64,000 bases of DNA from Bispira polyomma. Its lineage: Eukaryota. The stretch lies in contig OZ287751.1 in the NCBI GenBank assembly GCA_965649765.1, forward strand, positions 12,090,001 through 12,154,000, read 5' to 3'. The first letter of the stretch is position 1, and every line of letters starts with the position of its first letter. Shown here piece by piece: positions 1 to 14,220 of this stretch. Position numbers and translations under genes: made by a program. The notes beneath the pieces are model-generated. The model was not told the DNA's origin. It searched no databases and worked only from the letters and a program-made list of their open reading frames with translations.

Positions 1-299
1 AATAATGATGTTGAGAGTATTTTGCCACTATGTGTACATGTGTAAATTTTGTATGTGGCTGTGTACATTGTAAAATAATGAAATGATGCAGATACTTTTG
101 TAGTACAAAAGCGTAATAATCACATATTAGTGAGAAAAAATAAGAGTTTATATGTCTTGTGTACTGTTATCCATACAGATAAGGAAGTCAGTGACAATAA
201 GAAATTGCAAAGAATATTTGTTTATTATTATGTATAAAGCATATTCATGTGTATATACAAATTACACATATTACAATACTGTTACACTAAAATAATAAG

Positions 300-550
300 G
301 GGGCCGCAGTGGCCTAGTGGTTAGCAAGCATTGCGCTTCACAATCACTGGTCTCTCACGGTCTCTCTGGGCGACGTGAGTTCGAATCCCGTCGATGCCTT
401 TGTGGAAAAGGTGGTAGTTCCTTACTGTGGGTCGCTGGTTTCAGTGCAGAATCTTGACCGACTGTATGCAGTGTTTCCTCCAGCGTTTCCCAATATAACC
501 TACTAAAAGGTACTAAAGTGGACGTTAAGTATCCAAATTCAAATTCAAAA
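300..550 (+). mobile_element. tRNA-derived SINE family A, full length
   Basis: Pol III A box TGGCCTAGTGG 310-320, B box GTTCGAATCC 379-388, (caaatt)n tail; perfect 14-bp TSD ACTAAAATAATAAG at 286-299 and 551-564. Confidence 0.92.
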
Positions 551-1503
551 ACTAAAATAATAAGAGCACATAATAATATAAATGTCTAACCTGCATATAA
601 CAAGAAGGGCCTAGTCACTGTTATATTATAATTTAGAAAAAATAACCCAAAACTGCACTGCAACACCTAAAGCCCCGGCCAGTCTCACTACGGCAGTATG
701 TAAAGGCGGTTAGGGACGGTATAGATATCGCCTGGTATATGCAGTGGCCGTATGTGAAACTCACACTCAGATTGATCTGGGTAATTTTGAATCCTCTTCT
801 AGAAGTGGTTTCAAGCAGATTGAGTCAACCCTCTATACAGTCTAAACGCTCACAACCCTTTTAAACTTAACAGTAATCTCAGCCAGCCCTAATTCAGTCA
901 GCCCTAATTTATCCAATTTTACTGTATCCAATGCTTAAACCTGCCCCCACCAAAAATTGGAAGTTTTTAGAACCCAGTTTTAGTTTTGCATTCTTGACAA
1001 TAAAGCCGGATTCAGCTGAATCTGGTTCAATCCCGAATTCGTGTCAATCCAGATTAGTCGAAACAGGGTACTTATTGTGACAACTATCATTACGTCATGC
1101 TACATAACAATGTCCCGAGATCCTATTACCACTAAAACCTGCATTTATGATGCAACTGACAAATATACACAATATGCGTTGCTATTGAAGTGTCACTATA
1201 ATATTTTCTACATTATTTTCTAATAATGTAGTGATAGCGAGATATGGTAAAAGAAAATAATGTAGTGGTAGCGTTTTTTTAGCATTTAATAAAGTAAATA
1301 TTTACAGATGCATTCTTAATTTAAGTTTACATAATGTAGTGCCACTTGGTGTTTATATATTGACAAATTGTTATCAATGAAAATCAGTAGTTAATATTAC
1401 TGTACACGTCATTACATCTGTGTACAGCCACAGGCCCAAACCCACCTTAGCTGGGCTTGGATCATAACAACTATCTATAATGTTCTCGGATTTATTATCC
1501 ACT

Positions 1504-1591
1504 GTGACTTAGTTATGACGTTTTCATGGGGTTAATACAGACCAGGTGACGTAGTTATGACGTTTTCATGGGGTTGATACAGACCAGGTGA
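1504..1591. repeat. 42-bp tandem duplication
   Basis: gtgac.tagttatgacgttttcatggggtt.atacagaccag x2. Confidence 0.9.
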
Positions 1592-2814
1592 TACAATGAA
1601 CCCAGTGACCAAAGTTGAGTCCATTTTTTTACCTTGAATTAACACAAATATATAACACAACATCTCTTGGTATATTTTGTGTATTTTTCATGCATTCATT
1701 CACCGTTTTGTATCACATACAAGTATAAGCCAATAGGCTACCACCATGACAGATTATGTGATTATTTGTAGTGAATACTAGAATAATAACCACCCCAACA
1801 ACACTTAATTAATTAACAGATAAAGTGAATAACCTTATCACTTAAACATAGCCTTAATGGGAGGACAGGGTGGGAATAAAATTATACGTCTGTCCCAATT
1901 GGTGCCAAAAATGAACTGCGACGACCAAAGCCACCTACGAAAGTAGTTCGGCTAGGCGTCCCTGACCTTCGTCACTAAACTACTACTAGCCTTCCTTCTT
2001 GTAACCTCACCATTATCATCCGACGCTCGTGAAAATGCATATGAAAACTTTAGGTGTTACAGGAAATTCTGAGGTTTTAGTGTGATTTTGATGCAATATT
2101 TTTAGACAGAAAGTTGATTAAAGGTGTGGTTAAAATAAAATGTGGACCTTAAACAACATAATAGCATATTAATCTAAATTTTTAGTGCTTTATTAATACT
2201 AATTTGAAGTTAATTCATTATGGAACCAACTCTGTACTTTTCAGTTGTATTATGTAATTTGACGTGAATTTTCATTATTTTAGGGTATTTCCAATTGTTT
2301 TATGTGTTATATTTTGATATAAAAAAAAGCATAATAATTACATTTTATAGGTGGATAATAAAAGTAAAACAACCCTTGTGGTGTATATTTAAAAAATATT
2401 AGAAAGAAGATAAAACACACAAAACACGCCCTACCTATTGTACTGTTTCGTCTTCTCTTGTCATAAATTTTTTAAGAAAAAATTACATTTTCGCATATCA
2501 GTTGTAAATCTATTCTACTGTTTCTATTATTTTTTTTCACTTTCTACTTTACAATATTAATTTTGTCTATTATGTTTAGTGTTCATATTTATTTTCTTGA
2601 TGATTTGTATTATGCTTATTTTATATCCTTTGTTTTTTAGTTTTTGCCCTTTATTAATTCATAATTAATTTTAGGTTTAATGTGTTAGCTAGTTTTGTTA
2701 AGCGCTTTGAGCTGCCAAGATTAAGCGCTATAAAAAAACTGTTATAATAATAATAATATTATATAACCACACCTTATGCCAGACAAATATCTCTTGCTCA
2801 AACTATAGCAGTTA

Positions 2815-3160
2815 TGGCCCATTCACATTGCAACGAATCCGAATACACGGATTCGTTGGTTGGTATAAATTTACAGGAGCATTCACACTGCAATGAATCA
2901 GGATAATAATCTAGAAATTCGGTAGGGATAAAAATTTGCACGAATCTTTTTTCTAATTCTCATACAAATTGTTGGGGTAGATAAATAAAAGCAAGTGTAA
3001 ATTAAACAACACCATCTAAATATAAGAAAAAGTGCTATGTGTGTGCAAGATTCCTCCGAATATTTTGGCTGTGTATGTACTGCAAGTGTATACAATCCGG
3101 TTTCGTGTATATGGCCGAATTCTTTGATAAATACGGATTTGTCGCAATGTGAATGGGCCA
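2815..3160. mobile_element. MITE with ~27-bp TIRs (TGGCCCATTCACATTGC...)
   Basis: tggcccattcacattgcaacgaatccg and cggatttgtcgcaatgtgaatgggcca, flanked by TA on both sides (tta/taa). Confidence 0.85.
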
Positions 3161-4689
3161 TAAGACAGAAGGAAGCTTTTCTTGTAATGAAGAAACTCAA
3201 GAGAATTACTTGGATATGGAATTTTTTTGGTCGGAAAACCTCTAACTTGAAGGTTAGCTGGGCGCCGCCATGTTGTTTGACATGTCTAAGACAAGCCATT
3301 TAGTAGGGTGTAGCTTTGTTGGTAATAATCATGAAATATATATCTTGTGTTATAAGTGTTAATGATATTTTTCTTTTATTTGTGGTTAATATATTTTTGG
3401 GCTATAAGATACACTGTTAGAAGTTTATTTCTCACGTTGATACAGCTAACACACCTTGTTGACTTCTGAGATTCTTGTGTCCCAAAAGACACCATATAGC
3501 TAACCTAATTATAGAATTTGGGATTTCCCCAAAACCATAATGTCCACAACCAGGTGAATAAATCAACAGGGTTTTTTGTTTTTTTTTTGTTTTTTTTCGG
3601 GGGGTCGGGGGGTCGGAACACTCTAATGTGAGCGTTAACTGAGCAACACTATGTTATATGACGGTCCAAGATGTACCATTTATGGTATATTAACTGAGCT
3701 ATGGTAAAATTGACAATAGATATTAATTAGTTAACAGCTCTTATAGACTTATATGATGTAGACACTTGTGATAACATCATTTCAATGAAAAACAAACTGC
3801 AAGTAATTTCACTAGGGATTGTTACAAGTTTAATCACCTTAATTATATTATGCATTCGACAGTGTGTGTAATTAATTTTGGCTGCTCTTATTAATTGGGT
3901 CAAAGGTCAAATATATCTGTTGCAATTGTCTATTGTTATTGAAATATGCTAAAGTTAAGAGATGACAAAAATGTCAGCGTTAATAATGTTAAAGATGTGA
4001 CAACTGTTAATAACAACTATGCTACACATAATGTACTTCAAGTCGTAAAAATGTGTATCATTGTTCCACTTAGAATACAAATTGTAATCTTTTAATATAA
4101 TGTTGTATAAACATTATCTTATGTTTATGTCACATTGTAATTTTTTGTTTATATTTTTTTTGTTTTTTTTTTTTTTGTTTTTTTTTCACTATAAATTGTA
4201 ATTATATATATTTTTGTATGTATGTGCATATATAAATGAGCAATCAAAAAACGACATGGAATAATAGTAGTATCAATGTGGTGTGATTAAAAAGCTCAAA
4301 TTCTGTGATATAAAAATATCACCCATACATACACAGACACTATTGTGTGTCCATCCACACACACAGGGTAGCTTGAGGGCATTCATACACACACACACAC
4401 ACACACTGAGCCAGCTAGCAATAAAACCAATGTGTTGGTGGTAGGTTTTTTTTTCACTGCTTTATATGAGTGAGTGACTTTGTAGCAATAACACAACACT
4501 GAAGCCTGTTCGTGTGTGTGAGTGTGTGTGTGTGAGTGTGTGTAATAAAGTGTTTTTAGACTGGGGACAGTTGGTTATTAGGTTGTGTATCTCAAGAAAC
4601 ACACACACCCCGTGCCAATACTGATTTAATACCTTTATTATCATATTGCACAAGAAGACATGAGATTCACGTTTTAACAATAATAATAC

Positions 4690-4770
4690 CACTATTGTGA
4701 CGTCATATACGTGATTTCACGAGGGTGATTTACACACATATACCACCCACCGCGCTCGTCCAATGAAATC
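4690..4770 (+). promoter_or_regulatory. Candidate promoter: palindromic CRE TGACGTCA (4698-4705), CCAAT (4760-4764), local CpG cluster
   Basis: Motifs read directly, ~0.4 kb upstream of the candidate first exon; CA/TG microsatellites at ~4388-4406 and ~4512-4542. Confidence 0.35.
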
Positions 4771-5171
4771 TATACATACAAAGCAGGCCTGGATATCAAA
4801 CACAAAATCATAATAATAAAACCTCTGTTTCAGTTGAGGAATGGAGAGAAATTTACTTCGAGGGGTCATTTGTGGAATACGGTATTATAGGGCTTTGTGT
4901 GAAAGCAGGAGGTTACAAATAAGAAATAAGGAAATAGCTATTATTGTGTGGTAGTAAAGAAAGGAGCAGTTTTTACAGACAAACACTTTGAAAGGGCTGT
5001 AGTGATGAATGAAGTTATCGACAACACCTAAACAAAAAAAGGGATATTATTGTCATTCGTGTGTGTTGTGGTATCAGTTATTCATTGCACTTATAGAACT
5101 GGATATATATACTAAGTTACAAGAATATAACTATTTTTATAGAGAGGATTTGATTTGAAATTGAAAGAAAT

Positions 5172-5196
5172 ATGGGAAAGTTGTATGGCCATAAAG
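5172..5196 (+). CDS. Candidate first coding exon (MGKLYGHK) of the Shisa-like gene
   Basis: ATG followed after 25 nt by a consensus donor AAG|GTGAGT in phase 1, compatible with the acceptor at 43231; promoter-like elements lie upstream. The link across 38 kb is inferred. Confidence 0.45.
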
Positions 5197-6119
5197 GTGA
5201 GTGCAGTATAGATGTATTATTGTGTGATTGTATATCAGAATCAGAATATAGTTTTGAGTTTGTTTGTTGTTTTTTTTTCACTATAAATTGTAATTATATC
5301 TATTTTTGTAAACAAAAACAGGATATAAAAAACAGGATATATAAATGTATACACATATTGGTGATGGTGAACTAGTAGTACAGTTGTTGTGATAGTTTAC
5401 TCGGAGTCCTGAAGAATATTCTATATACATTGACATTTTAGGTGGAAAAGAGTGTCACTGATTTACAACTTTTCACTATTCATGTATTTGGCTATTTTTT
5501 TAAGCTAAAACATCAATTTTTACTTTCAATTCCTTTCTACTATTCCAACTTGCTAGCTTATTAGCTAAATTAGTATATGATCAATTCCTAGTGTAAATTT
5601 CACTTACACAGTATTTCATTATTTCATGCTACAAATATACATTTAAAAAGGGTAGAACAAATGCAGACATGGGCTGCCTTTTTGTGAGGTTTTGGAGTGG
5701 ATTTCCAAACTGCATTAGACATGCATGATTTGTTATGCATTGGTGAAGGGGGTGGGGGTATGAGTTGGCGTTATTGGCTGCTTCAACAATTAATAGCTCT
5801 AACCATTTTATACATGTGTGTTTATACCTGTGAAATGCCTTTAAATCAATAGTTTATAACAGGTATACCTATATTATAATATCTTACACGTTTGCAAATC
5901 CTTTAATTTATACATTGTTTTGTTTTTTACACATCTAATAATTTGTTCAATGTTACAAATTCAACAAAATATATTTATTTACTTATTTAAATATACAGAG
6001 TAGTACACACATTGTTTTTTCATCTATGTAGTTCACGAACTATTGTAGTATTTATGACAAGCATTAAAGGTTATAAGATACACATGTGAGTCGATAATTA
6101 AGACACAAAAGAAATATAA

Positions 6120-6310
6120 ATTGTGGTTAGGGAGTTGGTCTGATGATCAGAAGGTCCCAGGTTTAACATACGTGTTTGCCTAGTGGCTCGGATGACCACT
6201 TAAAATGACAGTCCTCTGTCACTGGGTCCTTTCCCCAGTGGCCGGCTAAAGTTCCTTTAGAAATATTCATCCTTAAGCCTGTCTCTTCAGTTAGGAGAAT
6301 GACAGTAAAT
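6120..6310 (+). mobile_element. Old SINE family D; other copies at ~17640-17770 (-) and ~56140-56255 (+)
   Basis: Shared gatgaccacttaaaat..gtcctctgtcactgggtcc..cccagt...tctcttcagtta. Confidence 0.55.
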
Positions 6311-6894
6311 GATACAGTTATATGTTATATGTGCTGACTATCAATACGAATGATTTGGTAGACAATTTAAATGTATGCACACTGTAGAATTTATTCCATT
6401 AATAAGTAAACCACTGTGTACACAGTCACTATTATTGGATTACTGTAAGACTTGTCATTGCTATCAATAATTGCTATGATGCTTTGTCGTATTTGAATTT
6501 CATGATGTAATATAATGGCCTTTACATTGGTGACAAGGGTTTATGTACATAGAGCTTACGTCACAGTTTGGTGTTGACAGTTCATCAAATATTCATAAGG
6601 GCTCACACAAACACACTATAGCTTGGTCTATTTGTCAATAGTAGGCTGAAATAGGGCAAGTGACTTAAAAAATTCATCCAATCGACAAGAATACATGTAT
6701 ATAGTTGTTCTCATTTTGATATTTGGACCAGTAAAGAGAAAGAGCATTATTAAAAACAAATTGACTGTTCTGAAGCCACAGTGAACAAATTAAGGGAGTC
6801 TGGAATTAGATGTGAATCTTCCAATCAGATCATTACATCTTCTACAGTAAAATTATGCCGTGGATGGTTTATAATCTTTCTTACATTATCTTTA

Positions 6895-7060
6895 CGTTTC
6901 CATGCAGGCAATTTTCTGAGGCTATCAGTTGATGGCTGACTGATCGATTATAAATCTCTGTTTCCATGTGAGCAGTGCCAATGCGGCAGGCAATGCAAGG
7001 CAATATTTTTTGCTTGTGCTAGCGAAAACGTTAAAATTGCTGATTGCCGTCGCCCATTTG
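6895..7060. mobile_element. Degenerate or partial M1 copy; others at ~11010-11171 and 34141-34415
   Basis: cgtttccatgcaggcaattttctgaggc TIR plus internal gtttccatgtgagc and ggcaatgc motifs. Confidence 0.75.
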
Positions 7061-7694
7061 CCAACATGGAGACGTAGACTGATGGTGGTTGCTTTTAAAT
7101 TATTTCAAATCTCCCTTTTACAATTGGTAGGCTCCAGACTTCTCCTGCAAAAAGGATTCGGGAGTGGGGTATCACTGGGACAGATATTTGATGAAAAAAA
7201 AACTTGTACAGTTTGTACTGATGCCAATAAGGCTTTCATGGTGACATCATTACTGGGGGGTTTAAATAGTTAATTACTCCATTTCTGTGAAAACAGGATA
7301 GAGCTGGATGCAGGAGGAGCAAATAGGCGGATGTTTGACATAGTCTGGCTCAAGACCCAGTTTTTATCTCTCAGCCTATAAATAGTAGTGCTGTGATGAT
7401 ATTTGCCGAAGATTAAAAGTTTTGCTCAGATTTGCTTTTGTAAAACGAGGTTCAGAGCTGATCAAGTCGATCAAGTTTGCATATTCGAGAGTTCGAGAAA
7501 TTCATCAAAATATTTTATTATCGCCTGCAAAGTAAATCATTTTCATGAGGTTTTTGCACCAAACTTGCAGCACTAATAAATAGGCTATAGAGTATTGCTT
7601 TCTGTGGGTGGCTGTCAAAGTTTGTCCTAAACCGTTGAACCCGCGAAGTATATAGTTGGTACAAATATTCCTTAGTGGTCTTGTTGGTGTCTAA

Positions 7695-8128
7695 GTGAGC
7701 GTTTCCATGCAGGCAACTTTCTGAGGCGACCAGCCGACGTATAACAGGCTATTTTCAATTTTTTTTCCATACAAGTATTTGAGAAAAATAGACACCTGTA
7801 TTCAAACCTGAATATCTTTTCTCAACCGATTTTGATGCAACAAAAAGCACAATGTACCCGATAAAATAAACTGTCTCAGCACATTTTCATAACATTTATA
7901 CCTTCAGTAATTTTTGAGTTATTTAAAAAACCGGCAATGTTTACAAGGCGACGGGCAATGCCAGGCGATTTTTTTCGCTCCTATTACCGAAAAAATCGCC
8001 TGGCATTGCCTGTCGCCTATCGGCGTGGCTCACATGGAAACACTTGGTTATAAATCAATGAAACTGATAGAATCGCCGCCGACCGTCGCCTGATCGCCTC
8101 AGAAAGTTGCCTGCATGGAAACGCTCAC
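7695..8128. mobile_element. PIF/Harbinger (Tourist-like) MITE, family M1
   Basis: ~34-bp perfect TIR GTGAGCGTTTCCATGCAGGCAACTTTCTGAGGCG; TAA TSD at 7692-7694 and 8129-8131. Confidence 0.92.
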
Positions 8129-9120
8129 TAACGCCATGGTCTTATTTCACCTAAACAAAGTAAAAGCTGTGGGGTTTTGGAATCTCAGATGATAATTTTA
8201 ATAATTAACATAATTTAAACAATATGTTAGGAGCTATAGCCATTCCAGTTTCATATGTATACACATACATCTAAATGTATATACGTACACATGTGAGATA
8301 GTGAGTGATAATCAATGATTCTAAATAGTAAGTTAGAATATACATCTTGTGTGTGGCAGTGCAGGGACTTCCTTCAACATAAAGTAAGATACCAAAAAAT
8401 CTTCTATACTATAACCAGGGCATAAAGGTAATATGTGCTATATATCAACATTCACACAGAGGGCCTTTTTGCATTACAATAAGGGCGGCAATTTGCGTAG
8501 GGTATATGGGGGAAGTCTCTACATTGTGTGGTGTTCATATTATGTTTTTTAAAAGTCTAATAATATTTTTAGAGTCTCGAAGAAGACTAGTTTCTATAAT
8601 TTCTGTGAAGCTAGTTGTCAATTCATGTTGATGTAATCCTCAAAAAGAGTTGAAAAGGTGCAGTAGTTTAGCAAATCTCTAAGTCCGTATACAAACATTA
8701 AGTACACATGCATTGCAATATAACACACACACACCCACCCCCCCCCCCCCCCACCCCCCCGATTAGATCATTGTATTTAATCTGGCTCTAGTTCTTCAAT
8801 AATTGTAATGTGTACTGTGACTCACACACACGAACAATACCAGGTGATTACCAACTCTTGTCAGACAATTCCTGTTTTAACTCCATCCTTCCTAATCATC
8901 ATCTAATTCCAAAGGCATTAAGTTTTTTTTTCCTATCTCTCTGATTAACATGACTTCAAGTCCCGAGGCCCCTTTATACATCGACAATACCGGGGTTAAC
9001 TCGGACACAACCTCATATTCTGCTACACTCTATATATATTTCCTGCAGAATGATGAGTGGTTTGTACCTGTTATTTTTGGTTATTATTGTTTACAATCAA
9101 ACTTTGTTAGCAACCATTTC

Positions 9121-9329
9121 TTACCTTCACTAAAGGAGGCTATGTTTTTACTCAGAGACCGTTGGTTTTTGGAGGACTTTTAATCTCAACTGGGTTATAG
9201 ACCCCCCAAAAAATACTGAACCGATTTGGATGAAGGATGGGCAACAGGATTTGTCGCGATTTTTTTTTCACTTTTAGACACTGTGGCACCCCAGCGGAGG
9301 TATGCACTCTACTGGGTGCCCTTCTACTT
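9121..9329 (+). mobile_element. Short HINE family H2; other copies at ~30407-30650 (+), ~37905-38120 (-) and ~45175-45310 (+)
   Basis: ttacct....aaggagg.tatgtttt 5' hairpin and cggaggtatgcactctactgggtgcccttcta 3' end. Confidence 0.7.
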
Positions 9330-11259
9330 ATGTTCAGTTGTCAAGTTTTCAAAAGTACCATTGTGAAATATTGGGTATTACCTTAATGTCAAAGCCCCTT
9401 ATAAATACATCTACATTGCAATCATCCATGCTGTAATTTGTAAATGGCATTGGAACTGTATATTCCTTTCGTAATATGATCAGAAAGCATCCAGGAATAT
9501 TCTGCTTGTCTTTAATTTGTAACAGGAGCTATAGAGTACAGGAATGTTTTACTTGGTGACCTTAAACCGGGAAGAAATCAATTTTTATTGAATATTTAAT
9601 TATATGTAGAATGATGTTTGAATATAGAAACAGGAGCCGATAAAATAAACTTCATATGTAGTCCTTTTAAAAGTTCACAGATTTCTATATATGATACTAC
9701 CTCAAATTTTATGTGCTGTTGTGGTATGCCCTTATAAATATACACATTCTCTAAAAGAATAATTTTAGGGTAAAGTTTTAGTTGAGTTTAAAATTCCCAT
9801 AAACAAAACGACCAAATGTACTGAGAATAAAACCGGTGTGCCGCCTATTTATCTTCAGATCATTTGATGAGTAAAATGTAATTGTTGTGACTTACTTCTG
9901 TAAATGTTTGGGGGTATGTTTTGTTTTACATTTTTTATACACTGTACAGTTGTTATATATCAAAGAGGAAACATCACAGGTCATTTAGAACAGGATCTCT
10001 ATTTGGGTTTACATTGCAGATTGTTGAAAACTGTTCACTTTTTATGAATTTTTCATCGTTTTTTAAATGTAAAAAGCAAAAATGATGCTTTTTTACCAAA
10101 GAGTAATTTAAAGTAACCAACAAAAATATATAACTGTGAGAAACATATTAAAATCGTTTGGATCATATGTATTGATACATAATAAATATACCTTTGTAAC
10201 CAATATGAAATTTATAAGTTACTACTGTGTATCTACTTAAGACTAGCTCCAAGCATGGCTAAATATTTATTTTACATACGTATGTGAGTGCAGTGTAACA
10301 GTAATACTCACAAATAGTTTATTAAGTGGGTAATTCATATATATTTCACTTCAGTTGTGTGTAAACATACAGAAAAATCAGTTTTCCAGCTTTTCGTCTA
10401 AAAACTTATTACAAAGAACGAGTACAACTTTGTACAGGGGTCATTTATCACCTCAACTGAGCCGAATTCTCTGTGTCCCTTATTATAGATAAGAAGTTAG
10501 CCAGATAAGCCCACCTAATCTACATTTATCTGAGGTTAGCTACAGTGGTGTGGTTATTACAGGTGTAAATAAATGAGGTCCATTAAAAACGTACCACGTG
10601 GTGATTTCTCTGGCTTTCTTCTTTTTCTCTATATGTCTTTGAAGGTTACCGTGTATGCTTTAATAACCACTCTAAGGCGTGTAAATGTAAGTTTGCATTT
10701 ACATAGTACTTTTTTCAAAGCGATGTACACAGTTTACATCCCCATCCTGGTTTATTCCACTTGTCAAACAATTGTTCACTCTCAGCTCTTGAAGGAAGCA
10801 TACTAGCCATGCTGTCACATATAGCGCCCAGACTAACACCCATTAGCAGCCAGGTACCAATTTATACACCTGGGTGGAGAGGGTCAACTTTGTGTGAAGC
10901 CAAATTGTCCAAACCAGGCCATCTGCATTACAAAGCAAGTGTATTCTCCAAAGGAGGAATGGTATACTTTTGGCTAGCAAAGATCCAGTTACTTGTAAGA
11001 GTAATTGTCATTTTTTTTTTCCGCTACCAGAAGTGAAAAAATTGCCTTGCATTGCCCGACGATAGGCTCACATGGAGCTACTTCTAAACAGACACTTCTA
11101 ATTCAATGAAAGCAATAAAATTGTAGTCGGCCGTTAATTGACCGCCTCAGAAAATTGCTTGCATGGAAACATCCATTTAATAAGCCAAGTTGAATGTTCG
11201 ATAAATTTCAAATCAAATAAGGCTACCTGACAAACTTGAGCCTGGCACAGAATAATCCA

Positions 11260-11500
11260 TGAATGTTCTCATACCCTGGATATGTCACTACAAGCTACCA
11301 GTAGGTTTTTCAAACAGAGCTGATATTGAATTCATGTATGTATTTATGTGCTTTATTTACTATTTTATGGTAAACATTTCAATGTCTCTGTATGTTCCTA
11401 TACCCTGGATTTGTCACACTACACGATACCAACATGGTTTTTTCTCAAGCAGAGCTGATATATTGAACTCTTTCTGTTCATTTGTGGGCTTTATTACTTT
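11260..11500. repeat. ~130-bp degenerate tandem duplication
   Basis: ataccctggat.tgtcac...cagagctgatat at 11271 and 11400. Confidence 0.8.
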
Positions 11501-12466
11501 GTGGTTTAAACTAACATTCCCTTATCAGTGCCACAAAATCAAACGTTCAAAGAATCCTACCAATCAAGATATCACTTTATTTTTATCCCCTAAAAAACAT
11601 TCTTTATAAACAACATGTACTGGTTCTTGATAAAATCTAAAAAAAATGACCAAAATTTATTGACAATGACTGCACCAGAAATTACTTTCCTGTATTAATG
11701 TATCAGAATCTGTTTTTGGTATCTAATAGTAGCCTTGTTCGGATCACTCAGCCATTTACATTGTACGCATTACTTTACTCCACTAAAATATAATTTTCTT
11801 GTCATATTGTTTTCTTTCCATTGAAGAGGGCGCCGCCCTTCTTAGAAATAATATGTAAGGCCTTCATGGATTGGTTGGAATCAATCAACCAGTCCAAACT
11901 AAGGGAGTGTCAGATATGCCTGAGTATATAGTGGCTATATCAACATGTATTGTATTTCACACTGTGTCTTTTTAAAATACAACTCTTGTTGTACTATGAC
12001 TTTACTGGGTTATTTTAGTCTTACATTAATTACCCAGTCAACCAGTTACTAACTAGTTGACTGTGTACTGTGATTTGACTATGTTACCTTAGGCTTACTC
12101 ATGAATAATTAGTGTATTCTAATACAATATTTTGACATTCCAGTGATGTTAACTTTGGACCAGTTATCAATTATTAGTAGTAAGTTTTTTCATGGCACTT
12201 ATGTGTGTTAATTTACATGGAACTACCATCAGACATATACTAAGCACACCTAAAAGGCACATATACTAAGCCTTTCTCAAAGTATGCTTAAATCATCATT
12301 GTACTAAAAGTCTGTATTATATAAGATACATGTACTATTATTTTATTTTATTGAACAGTATTTCAGGAAGAATATATATTTAGACAGAATTAATGTACAC
12401 TATTTTTGTTTCAAACGCTGCACAACTGTTAAACCTTCAAGTCATTTTAATGTCATTTCAACCTTA

Positions 12467-12910
12467 GTGAGCGTTTCCATGCAGGCAACTTTCTGAGGCG
12501 ATCAGGCGACAGCCGACGGCGATTCTATCAGTTTCATTGATTTATAACCAAGTGTTTCCATGTGAGCAACGCCGATAGGCGACAGGCAATGCCAGGCGAT
12601 TTTTTCGGTACTAGGAGCGAAAAAAAATCGCCTGGCATTGCCCGTCGCCTTGTAAACATTGCCGTTTTATTTAAATAACTCAAAAAATACTGAAGGTATA
12701 AATTTTCTGAAAATATGGTGAGAAAGCTTATGTTATCGGGTATATTGTGCTTTTTGTTACATCAAAATCGGTTGAGAAATGGCTGAGATATTCAGGTTTA
12801 AATGCAGGTATCTATTTTCTCAAATAATTGTATAGAAACATAAAAATTGAAAATTGCCTGCTATACGTCGGCTGGTCGCCTCAGAAAGTTGCCTGCATGG
12901 AAACGCTCAC
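12467..12910. mobile_element. MITE M1, inverted relative to 7695-8128
   Basis: Same TIRs; TTA TSD at 12464-12466 and 12911-12913. Confidence 0.92.
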
Positions 12911-13854
12911 TTACTGTAAGAAACTGATCATATATACACAGACAGAGAGAAAACACACTTGTGAGAAGTTAAAGGAAAAGGTGGAAACAAAGTAAAGTAA
13001 TAAGGTGGGATAGGAAATGGTTTAGCAGAAGAGTAAATAATAGCAGTTGTGTATTGAGTAAATGTTTGGTGTGTCTTACACTAAGATCTATTGCCTGCAG
13101 TACACAGGTAATCAGTAAATAAGCTGCTTAGTACACACAGATAGCAAACTCAGGTTTCTAACTCTTTGGTTGTTAGCCTTTCTAAGGTGCAGTGTTAAAA
13201 AATAATAATCTTGGACCATTTTGGTATTTGACCATCCTGTACATATGCAGCCTCTGAGATTTAAAGTTATTTATGTTTTATCAAATATGTATTTCTAAAG
13301 GCATTATCATAGATTGCTTGAATGATTTTGGGGGTTTAGCATCGCTTTCAACACATCTTGTGTCATATCACAATGGGCAGTTCCCTGGTGGAGGTAATCA
13401 AAACAGGGACAGTTGGTCACGATTTTCTTCTCTACAAACCACCTGCCTTCAGCAAGTCTACTGCCAATATTCCCATAAACACACTAGGGTCACGATTCAA
13501 ACCCTTGCAATAATTATGTTCCCACCACACAACTGAGGCGCCCCCAGTATATTGCAGAAAACACGACAACTGTCTGTTGATATGGTACCTGAGTGAGGAT
13601 ATTTCCACATCCATGCAACTAGACTAGCTACAATACTTTTGTACTTTAAAATATTGACCTTCTGTTCCATCGCTAGAGTAATATAAATACTAATGCATGC
13701 CCTGTTATTTTATATCGTCCTTCTTTCCTCTGGGATACAGTGTTAATAAAGTGCTAGCTACCTTCAATCCCTGATGGTGTTATATACCTATATTACATGT
13801 ATTTATTATTAAATTTTGTTAAAAAATCCATGTCACCATTTTCAAAGCTGTTGT

Positions 13855-14220
13855 CTCTCAACAACCCCTCCTACCTTCCTACTCGTCTTTCATTCAGTAA
13901 CTTCAAGAAAGGAAAGAGATTATTTGTCTTCCCTGTAAAAGCTACCATGAGGGCTGGATGTAGAGCTTTCTCGATGTGCTACCCATATGTTATAGAATAT
14001 TCTCCTTTCTGGGTTTAGGAAAAACTTAAAACCTCTCTCTTCAAATTTCCTTACCCCTCCCCCCCTCCCCCCCTCCCCCTCTTAATGATCTGCCTGTACA
14101 CCCCCGCATCCTTCCTTATGGCCATGATATGTTCTTGGTTAACTTCACGATAAGTTAATTAAGTCTGTTATGGTGTTTCAGAAGATGCTTCAAATTCAAA
14201 AAGGCGTGTTAAAAATCCAA
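13855..14220 (+). mobile_element. Older L2 3' fragment, same family
   Basis: Shares ggctggat.tagagctttc, ttaggaaaaacttaaaacc and cctgtacacccc.gcatccttcctt with 42560-42931. Confidence 0.7.

Noticed and set aside
300-400. tRNA gene (A and B boxes)
   Set aside because: Extended A-B spacing, non-tRNA body, tail, TSDs and multiple copies show it is a SINE head.
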